Assembly (NCBI GenBank): GCA_032718475.1
Contig: JAUCBJ010003286.1
Coordinates: 19,030 to 83,029, forward strand
Source: Nemertoderma westbladi
Lineage: Eukaryota > Animalia > Xenacoelomorpha
Length of the DNA: 64,000 nucleotides
Direction: 5' to 3'
Shown: positions 38,601 to 48,082 of the stretch, piece by piece
Layout of the letters: each line of letters opens with the position of its first letter
Numbering within the stretch: the stretch's first letter is position 1
The notes under the pieces: model-generated
What the model saw: the letters and a program-made list of their open reading frames with translations, nothing else
Databases searched by the model: none
What the model was told of the DNA's origin: nothing
Program-made: the position numbers and the translations under genes

Positions 38601-41600
38601 TTATATTTAGAAAGTAATGTAGGAGGAACCGAAACAGTAAATGTTATAATATTTATTATAATAACAATAAAAGCTCTTCATTGGCTTATGGATTTCATCT
38701 TACAAGTACATGATTGCTAATTTGGTTTAATGAAGCCGTCATAAAGGCTTGACATTATTGGTACAGCATTACGGAGAACTCTGAAACAGGTGTGAATGAG
38801 GATTGAGTTCGAGTCCGAGTTCTTTTACTACAGTGCTGTGCGAGTTGTTATACTGTAGTAACTATACAACTTTTTATAATATAATATTTTACATACTTGA
38901 AGAATTCAACGGCTGCTGATGTGTGGTTTCTCCATGATTGCGAGGTTTCGTTTCCGCTCTGCTCCAGACAGTCGTGGGAATTCCATTCGTTATCGCAGGT
39001 AGTCCAGGGAAGTCGGTTGGTGAAGCAATGGGCCAGGTAGTAAACGGCCCAACTTATTAACGTGTTGTAGAAAAAACTCGTGTAAATGTTGATGATGCAA
39101 ATTGCGAATCCAATTCCTAGTAAATAATATAATGAGGAAAAGTGAAAAGAAAATTCCTTACTCGGTTGTGGTGTATCAAGCGAATCTAAATATATATATC
39201 CCACCACCCCAAGATGAATTTAGTTAAGGCTACCAATTAAAGTCATCCCAAAATAGATGAAAATTTCACCAAAAAAAATTATTTTACACCAAATTAAATA
39301 ATGTGACCCCAAAAAAATTATTCAACACCAAATAAAATAAAGTCACACCAAATAAAATTATTCAAACACCAAAATAAATTATTCAAAACCAAAAAAAATT
39401 ATACAATACCAAAACCAATTATTCAATACCAAAATAAATAAATGCTCCCCAAAACCAATATTATTAGCACCAAAATAAATGACAAAAACCCCAAAATAAT
39501 TACAAATTTTCCCAAAACAAATACAGTTTCCCCCAAAACAAATACATTTTAGCCCAAAATAAATACATTTTCCCCCAAAACAAATACATTTTTGCCCAAA
39601 ATAAATACATAATCCCCCAAAATAAATACTATACTACTGCAGCAATAGGCCTTGCACTTCCTGGAAGTTAGACAAAAACTTCAGTACTGCCGTAATACTG
39701 AAACCTGATAACAGAAAAAGTAATAGGCCATAGGCAATAAGAGATACTGTAGGCAATAGGCCTATAGGTACGAATACTGAAACTGTAGTAGGCCTAATAC
39801 TGTAGGTACATAGGTACGAAACCTAATAACAGAATACGTTGTTCTGAAGGCAATAGGCCTATCGGTACGAATACTGAAACTGTAGTAGGCCTAATACTGT
39901 AGGTACATCGGTACGAAACCTAATAACAGAATACGTTGTTCTGAAGGCAATAGGCCTATCGGTACGAATACTGAAACTGTAGTAGGCCTAATACTGTAGG
40001 TACATCGGTACGAAACCTAATAACAGAATACGTTGTTCTGAAGGCAATAGGCCTATCGGTACGAATACTGTAACTGAAGACTGAAGCATGTGCCCATGTG
40101 AAGAATACTAGGATTCAATATAAAATATTTGGTGCTGGAATAATTTTTTTGGTTGACAAGTAATTATTTTTGGGGGATCAATAATTGTTTTTGGGGAATC
40201 AATAATTGTTTTTCGGGGATGAATATTTGTTTTTGGGGGATGAATAATTGTTTTTGGGGGATGAATAATTGTTTTTGGGGGATGAATAATTAATAATAAG
40301 AATACAGTTTATGCGTTTAATAATAAGAATATCTTTTGTTGATTTACATGACAAGCAGATTACAGATTGCAGATTACATGACAATCATTGTGTCCATAAT
40401 TAATTTCGACATTATGACATGTCAATTTGAAAATTTTATTTATTTATTAATAAATAAAAATAACCATATCAACAATAATTAACAGTAAAAAAGTAATTCA
40501 ATCAGAGATTAAATATAATATAATACAATTAATACGATTAAAATGTAATCAGTAGTTACCCAAATCAGCGCCATGCAAACCCGCGCCGTCGCCAAATCCC
40601 AAGCCCCGCCACGGACGCCGACCTCCACGGAGGCCGAGGGAGCTAGACCGGAGGAGCGCGAACTGCAGCCGCCGGCAAACACCCCCTAGCACGCACGCGA
40701 GGCCCCTCTCACGCATACAACCCCGCCGAGCCACAAGTGACTCCGCTAGATGGCGAATTAGTATTTGAGCCTCGGTGCACCAGACACCATTGGTGGTGCC
40801 AACCAGGGGGGTGAAGGCCATCCTCCGGTCGTTGCAGACGGTCTGGTAGTGTCGGTTCTTCAGCCGACACCTCTCCTCCAGGAGAGACGCAGTTGAACGG
40901 TTGGTCTGGACATACGAGGTGGCGTCAGCATTGATAATGCAATGTTGAACGACGCCACCCGTTGATTGGCCCAGACCCCCCGAGCAACCAGGTCTGCCTG
41001 TACGCCCCCCACCTCACGGCCCTCCCGATCCAAGAACCCCCTGGAAAGAGTCACTTCCCAATCAACGCTGGAAGGACCAACCACAGAGGCTATCAGCTCC
41101 CCGAATACCTCCCAGGCCTCATCATGGCGCTTTATCACCAGCCCACCGGACTTGCAGCTCAAAGCATGGGATGTGGAGAATGGGCCCCCACCGGACAATC
41201 AGCGGAGTGCCAGACAATCCTGGAACTCCTCCGGGCTTAAGTCCGTGTTGTCCAGCACCGATGGCTGGGCTGTCAGCCAGCCTCTGGTACTGTGCTGGGT
41301 TGCCCGCTCCACTGTCCACCTTCTGCCGGCGGGTAGCTCCCGTACAGTCGCCTCCTGCTTCGCCATATATGAGGAACAAATCTTCCTCAATAGGCCCAAC
41401 GTGGACACCAAACAGGGATGGGATATACTCTCGCGTGAGTGCTGTCCGTATGGGTATGAGGTCTTCCTCGTCAACAGGTACTACACGCAGGAGGTAGTCC
41501 CGCTCAGCTTGTAGGCATCTCGACATCCCGGTGTGAGCAGTTTGAGGGAACTGTTTGGCGATTTCGGAAAGCCACTCGATACTTTTGACCCAGCCAGCTA

Positions 41601-44600
41601 CTTTATCCTCTACATACTCCTTCCGGCCAACTGTTGAACTGATGTAGCCACCGAGAAACCTCTGTCCCAACACGATCCGGATTCCGGATGGACCAAACAG
41701 CGCCTGTGCCTCGTCCTCGAAACCCGGCTTGACGATTAAGAAGCTCTTAGTCGGCTTTCTAGGTGTATCCTATACCAGGTCCCAGTTTACACAGCTCACG
41801 CCACCAGCTCCAGACCCCCCTGAGTGAGCCGGCTGAGGAGGCGTCGTCTGCATACCAGCACTGTCACTGGGATTCATTAATGGAACCTGATGACACGTCG
41901 AGTGACTCTTGGACATCGTCAGTATATGATCCTGGAACAGGAGAGGAGTCAAATTCCCTGGAGGAGCCCGGAGTAGGGTCAGGTTCCCATGGAGGAGTGG
42001 AGGCGACAGATGTAGCGTCCAAACTGGAGGAGCCAGGAGTGGAGTCAGGATCCCATGGCGGAGTGGAGGCGACCAATGTAGCATCCAAACTGGAGGAGCC
42101 CAGAGTGGAGTCAGGATCCCATGGAGCAGTGGAGGCGACCAAAGTAGTGTCCAAACTGAAGGAGCCCGGAGTGGAGTCAAGATCCCATGGCGGAGTGGAG
42201 GGGACCAATGTAGCATCCAAACTGGAGGAGCCCGGAGTGGAGTCAAGATCCCATGCCGGAGTGGAGGCGACCAATGTTGCGTCCAAACTGGAGGAGCCCA
42301 GAGTGGAGTTGAGATCGCCCGAAGGAGTTGATTCCAAAATGGGTGGGCCCTGGGAGTTGTCAGGTGGGGTGGAGGCAACAGGGGAGGCATGTATGTTGGA
42401 ACCCAGAGATGAGACGGGATGGAGTGAGGCTGAGGCCGTAATCGACCGCAACTTCCTAATCATGGGGATAACACCCCCGCCATATGCTAGCACAGCGATT
42501 GGATCACCCTGGGTCCAACCCTCTTGGCTCCACAGTGGAGGACCTTCACTCCCATGAATATAGAGAGCAGCGTGGCCATTGTAGGCGTTATATAGGAACC
42601 TAGAAGCCCGGTGCCAATATATCCGACAGTTCCAGAGACCGACTGGACGACTGATGCTGTTGAAAGCGTTTGTAACATCGACCAACAGCATTACCTCGGT
42701 ATCCTCCTCCTCAAAAATGGCCGACATTGCGTGGACCGCACCCTCAATGCCAGCCTTTACTCCAGCACAGAGTTGATCGGCCCTACACTGGGCGATGAGG
42801 TCCATTTTGGTTACAAAAGCGATGCAGTTTGATAGAAGCCGATGGTGTTGGCGAGTCGTCGTGCCAACCCAGACACCGCCACTCGGAGCCAGGCACTGTG
42901 TGCTTCATAGCGGGTCAATACGGTGCTCCACCACTCGGCATCACCACCAGCAGGACCAGCGCTGCCACTGAGAGATCGGGCTACCTTCAACACCACCTGT
43001 CCCATAACGTTGACCCCCTCAAAAGGCGGGAGGTCAGGGCAATGTTCGAATGAGTCTGGTGAAACCGCCATTTGGGGTGGATGTTTCGATTGAAGAACAT
43101 CACGGACGGTGACTCCCGGGGGCTGACCCACCGCCTGGGCATTCAGGTCGAGGATACCGCTGGTTTCGTGGTCTGTCGCAGATCGAACCGCCACCCGGTT
43201 CATACCTGCTAGGATTTTCCTATTATAAACTCTTGCTGCGTTATCCATGTTCGAACCATGCGCAAACCGGATAGGAAACTTTGAGTTACAACGTTCGGCC
43301 TCGGTAAGAAGGGAGTCAAACCCACCCATCTCACACATCCCCACACGCCTCAGATGGTCCTTCTAATATCTGGGGTCTTGACCACGTCAGGGTCCCTCTG
43401 GAAGACCATGGCTATGAAGCACATTGGACGCTCTGATGGGAAAACCCCACCTGTAAGATTATCGATTTCCTGAGTGAGGACGTCGACAACCTTTCTCCCT
43501 GCATTTCCTCCCGGGACGATATAACAGCGGCTGGGTAGGCGGGTCAGGCGGGTGTGTCGGTCTTCCCACATTTGGTCTGTAGAGGAAACGGGGCCGTTTA
43601 ACCACACCCCCTCGAACGCAGTCTCCAGAACTTCAGTAGTCGAAAGAACCTGCCGGGGTTGCACTGGAAGTTGGACCTGGGCGACTGGAGGATCAATGGA
43701 ACTCGACTGAACCGAACCGCCTTGGGCCCCATGGACATATAGTTGAGCTATACCTGGGTCACTAAAATGACTGGGGGTCGAAGTAGTCGGGATCAAAGTA
43801 GTCGAAAAAGGGTTTTCACAGTTTCCCGTAGACAAAGGGTACAGCTTCCACAAGGACGCTTCGATCGAACGCAGCCGCATCGGCTAGTTGGGGCACATGA
43901 GCGCACCCCACAGTTACAACAACGTTGGGACCCTTGTTGCATCTCTAACAACTAATTCAATCGAGAAATATAGCGAGTAATACAATATAATAATACATTG
44001 GCTCCAGACAGTCTGGCAGTGTCAAACAGGTTCCACCGGTAATAAATTGATAACGGTAGTAGTGTTTCAAGCCGAAGAAGAGTCCAGTTAGAGAACCGTC
44101 GGTGAGTAGATGTTAGTGAGAAACAGCCGTGGAAGAGTCTAGTTAGAGAACCGTCGGTGAGTAGATGTTAGTGAGAAAGTGAGTTTGTATTCAATAATTT
44201 GAATAATTGTTTTTGGTGAGAGGGCTATTCAATATTGGGGGATGTGAATTGGTGCTACAAAAAAATATATTTGGTGGAAAATAATTTATTTTGGTGTTAA
44301 ATAATCTAATTTGTGGTGGCATTCAATCAGTGGCGTTTAGTTAATAGTACTTGCAAACTATATCTTCATTGACACGCTATTAATTCCTAGTATATAATTA
44401 GAGAGATTTAAAATAACAACCCTTTTTAACATTTATTTTCCAATACAGTCTTCTCTCATTAGCAGTTTCGTTATTGTTATGTACCTGTAATATAAGAGTA
44501 AAGGTGGCGGGAGATTTGAACTTGGGAGGGGGATAGATCGGGTAGGAAATCCTCTTATCTGTAGGCCTACTGTGCTTGTATAATATTAACAATAAATATA

Positions 44601-45796
44601 TACTTACACATATTAATACATACCTACTAATTATTCACATATGTTATATTATATTGTTCCGTTATATGGGCCTCATAAGGATACAAGAGTTATGTTACAA
44701 ATGTGGAAAAAAATTTGATACATACTATTGTTGTAAACTAATTTACAGTTTTCTGTGCTAAATTTGTTATTTTTTATGTTTGTTAATAGTTAGTTAGTAC
44801 TTGCCTTTAAAAAGAGGGCATAATTTATTCCAGACTGTGATGCATCCACTTTTTGTATACTGACCAAGCGATAGTTCCATAAAAAATATAGGCATTCCCC
44901 CAAACACCAACATCAGAAAGTAAGGGATCAAAAACGCACCTGGAGATTGAAAAATGCAATTAGCTTGTATAAGGAAGCAAGTGCCATTAATAGGAAAAAG
45001 ATCGGCCCACGCTAATCTCAGCATTCCACCCGCTGCATGAGCTGTCATTTAGTGCACCTTGGTTTTTGCTCACCTACTCATGAGATAAATAATACATTTA
45101 AGAATGTTGAGTTTATTAAATATAATAAATGTCCTTAAGCGACCAAATATTACTGCAATCTTTAAACGCATATTGTATCTCAGCTGTTTCCAATTAAATT
45201 AAAAAATTGTTATATATTTGGAATACTTGCAACGGTCTAATGATATTAATAATCATGACTAATGTCGGCGAGTGCACTTTCATGTCTCAGGGCGAAACAA
45301 TGTCTTGCAAAACGAAGGAGGCTATGTTCAAATGATGTGACTTTTAAATCCTGAACTTGCTCATACATAACAAAACTCTAATAAAAAAACGTGGATTTAT
45401 ACAAAAAAATTAAACTGCGTGTTAAATACAAAAAATAAAAATTTTACCTCCTCCATTTTGGAAACATATCGTAGGAAAGCGCCATACATTCCCAAGATCA
45501 ACAGCGAATCCTATAACAGAGAGAAGAAAGTCCGCCTTCTTCCCCCATGTCTCTCTTACGCGGGGCCGTTTGGCCGCATCAACCTGAGGTGATTCCTTTG
45601 TTGTTAACTGACCACCCAGTTCGGTGAGTGGAACCGTGAGTGAGTAGGAGTTTCTGTGCACCGGAGAGTCGGATGTCGCTATAATTCCCGAATCCTTGTC
45701 GGTCTCTTGTTGAGGAAGGGGTTGACCTATTGGACCACCTATTGGATCGCCTATCTGCGGTTGAGCTGGGTAGCCGTCATCCAGCAGTGCGTCCAT
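32642..45796 (-). CDS. SLC6A4: Sodium-dependent serotonin transporter (SLC6 monoamine transporter), 11 coding exons, 638 aa
   Basis: Exons on the minus strand: 45796-45448, 44939-44805, 39116-38897, 38586-38448, 38345-38107, 37600-37489, 37154-37023, 36871-36740, 36466-36266, 35902-35735, 32731-32642. All phases are compatible (1917 nt); introns are GT-AG except one GC-AG. Motifs [28 protein letters not shown] (amine-binding Asp, SERT-type LGN), [12 protein letters not shown] and LGLDSTFGGLE. Confidence 0.93.
32864..35225. repeat. 19-bp minisatellite TACCTAGTCTGTCTGTCTG in the last SERT intron
   Basis: Directly visible; contains a 706-bp higher-order duplication. Confidence 0.97.
35396..35699. 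mobile_element. Possible MITE with poly-G/poly-C termini
   Basis: ATGGGTGGGAAG(G)n at the left is roughly inverted to (C)nAACCCCACCTCCCCACCCCACAT at the right. Confidence 0.35.
39751..40072. repeat. 97-bp tandem repeat, ~3.3 near-identical copies
   Basis: AGGCAATAGGCCTAT recurs at 39751, 39848, 39945 and 40042. Confidence 0.95.
40291..44190 (-). mobile_element. Near full-length CRE-type non-LTR retrotransposon (CXC-like domain, RT, zinc knuckle, RLE), pseudogenised; ORF ~43942 to 40549
   Basis: RT motifs [41 protein letters not shown] and RFLGG; knuckle [16 protein letters not shown]; [12 protein letters not shown]...FNI and [11 protein letters not shown]. Several frameshifts and stops, and the RPI-G motif region is deleted. 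Boundaries are approximate. Confidence 0.92.
41955..42320 (-). repeat. 66-bp tandem repeat, ~5.5 copies, in frame inside the RT domain
   Basis: Translates as ST[PL][17 protein letters not shown][LP]D (22 aa); AAACTGGAGGAGCC recurs every 66 nt. Confidence 0.95.
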
Positions 45797-46198
45797 GTTT
45801 CTGGAGAGAGTTGTAACCTACTGTAGCTAAATTTCCCGCGTGAGTTACCCACCCGTATGACTGAGTGGAGACTTTTCTCAACGTTAACGGCCCAGGTTCA
45901 TTAGTATTTTGCAGAAATGCAGGCTAATAATAATGAATGATCTTCCCTAGACAGTGCCACAGTAACACACCTGTAGAATACTGTAAAATGACCTGTAGGC
46001 TCTATAACGTTCATGTTCAAGATACATAAATAAAATAACAATAATATTAAATTTGAATTATTAATTATTAAATACGTAGGGTTGAGCACAATGGCTGCCG
46101 ATTATTGCTATTGGCAGTTGAGAGGCCATAAGGACGTAAATTATGGACATACTGTACAGTACAATATGTCAGGTAACTTCCAGGTCTTTCTTTTATCT

Positions 46199-46272
46199 GA
46201 GTCGCTAGCTGAGTGGTTAGAGCGCCATACTTCAATTCTGGAGGTCATCAGTTCGATCCCATCTGGACGTCA
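46199..46272 (+). pseudogene. tRNA-like sequence (SINE head or tRNA pseudogene)
   Basis: A-box TAGCTGAGTGGTTAGAGC, anticodon arm CCATA-CTTCAAT-TCTGG and B-box GTTCGATCC. The T-stem and acceptor stem do not pair. Confidence 0.6.
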
Positions 46273-48082
46273 TTGGCGAATTTGCTAAGACGTGTCCATG
46301 GGAAATTATTATAATAATTAAAATGTGAACACCGTTTAAGCCAATGGGTGATCAATCTAATCTGATTAATCTGATTACATTAATGACACCCACAATGTCC
46401 CGAAGAAATGACTACCTAAAGTTTTTTTTTTTTTTACAAAAAGTTTAAATTGTACAATTTGCATCTACGGAGATATGCCCCTCATATCCTTCCCCGTTCA
46501 GTAGAGATATTGGTTTAATAAGACGAAATTAATTGAAACAGCGAAAATAATAATAAAAATAAGACTGATGGAAGTTAAATGATAAGACCCCAAAGTTAGT
46601 CTACATCAAAATTTAATAAAACACCACCAATTCGTAACCTTGTTGCTACAGTAGGTACAGTAAAATAACAAATCCATGTTGCTAAGGATTAAACATGAAG
46701 TTGAAAGTGATCCTCATCTAATATATTTATATCCACCTTTTTTTAGGTACAGTATTAGGTGAATTAGTTTTTGGTTACCCACTATTTTTACCTAGAATGA
46801 CTGTTTTTACTAGACAGTAGAATATGAAAATGAAAATAAGAAATTCAGTGAAGTGGCATTACAAGAACTTTCCAAAAGGCTATATACCAAATTCATGATT
46901 AATCTTGAACTGCGATTAACAAACAACGCATTCACTATTTGAGAAAGCAAATTATTGTTATTGGTTTATTTAAATACTAATTACCTATTTAAATATTTCG
47001 ACTTAATACCTAAACAATTTAGTAGGTTGGGGATTGTTGGGTTAATGCCTTTCCAATAACCCATCAGCAGTGAACCACTCCAAAGGAAAAGTTGGTTTGG
47101 CTTTGATTGAAAATTATATTCATAGTTATATCTTAATTAAATAGTAAAGAGATTAGAGGAGATTTGGAGGAGCTTATGCTTCTAAATAATGAAAATGTTT
47201 GCTCATGGAATGAGGCTTGGATTAACAGGTACTCGCTGGCTAAGGTTTTTGTGGGAAATAAATAATATCGACTTAACAAATAACAATGATTGAGGTTAAA
47301 CAAGTTGAGATGGGAATTGGGCAATGCGGAAATAAATAACTGCAGTTCAGAAAAGGGTTACCGCAGAAAGGTTACTCGATAGTTCAGTTTGGGTGTGTGA
47401 GAGAGAGAGTGGTGATATTGACAGTACATTTTACAAAACACCTACTTGAAGCAATCAATATTCTTCGTTTCAAATAAATTGTAAAATATCTTGTCGTTGT
47501 GGTTATATCCATTCCCTTGTGTTCACATCTCTTGTCCCAAAGGCGGAGAGGCAGAAGATGTGACACGTGACTCATGAGTTCGAGCCCCTCGCTCAAGGAG
47601 ACCGCATAAGTTTTTATTTCGGCAAGCATGATAACTATAAGTTTCCTCTAGAAACGGATTAGTTCTGAGGAGACCACACTGGAAATAAGTCAGTATTAAG
47701 TGGTTCCTGGCTGACTCTTACTGGAGATGAATGCCAGAGTAGTAGTCTTGTAGTGCGGTGTGGAACTTGAGCTTTATGCCCGAACTACGATTGAAATAGC
47801 GGTACCGGTCCGGTAGTATCAACTGGTAACTGCTGAGCCTGAGAATAATATTAAAAAAAACTATCATGCATTGTAGTTTTTACTAACTGCTTTCTTTCTA
47901 TTGTTCAGCTGTTCTAGTTATATAGTCCAGTAGTCTGATAGTAGGGCCTATTACAGCTGTACAGTACCGGCTGACCGGTACCGGTATTAGCCTACCAGTG
48001 TTATATCAGTAGGGCCTACAGTATATTCGCTCTATTTCGTATTTATCTATTAGGCCTATAATAATTATATGTATGTTACAAA

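Larger units (their letters stand above)
39230..44330. mobile_element. Foldback-type element with internally repetitive inverted arms; right arm interrupted by a retrotransposon
   Basis: CCAAAATAAATTATT-type ~21-bp repeats at 39235-39630, with inverted counterparts at 40125-40290 and 44200-44330. Confidence 0.6.

Noticed and set aside
39751-40072. Retrozyme-like hammerhead in the 97-bp repeat
   Set aside because: CTGAAGG and GAAAC are present but not arranged around a stem II, and core residues mismatch.
41763-42557. Plus-strand 264-aa ORF and other ORFs antisense to the retroelement, GBE1 and AAAS
   Set aside because: Shadow ORFs of GC-rich coding or repeat sequence on the opposite strand or in another frame.
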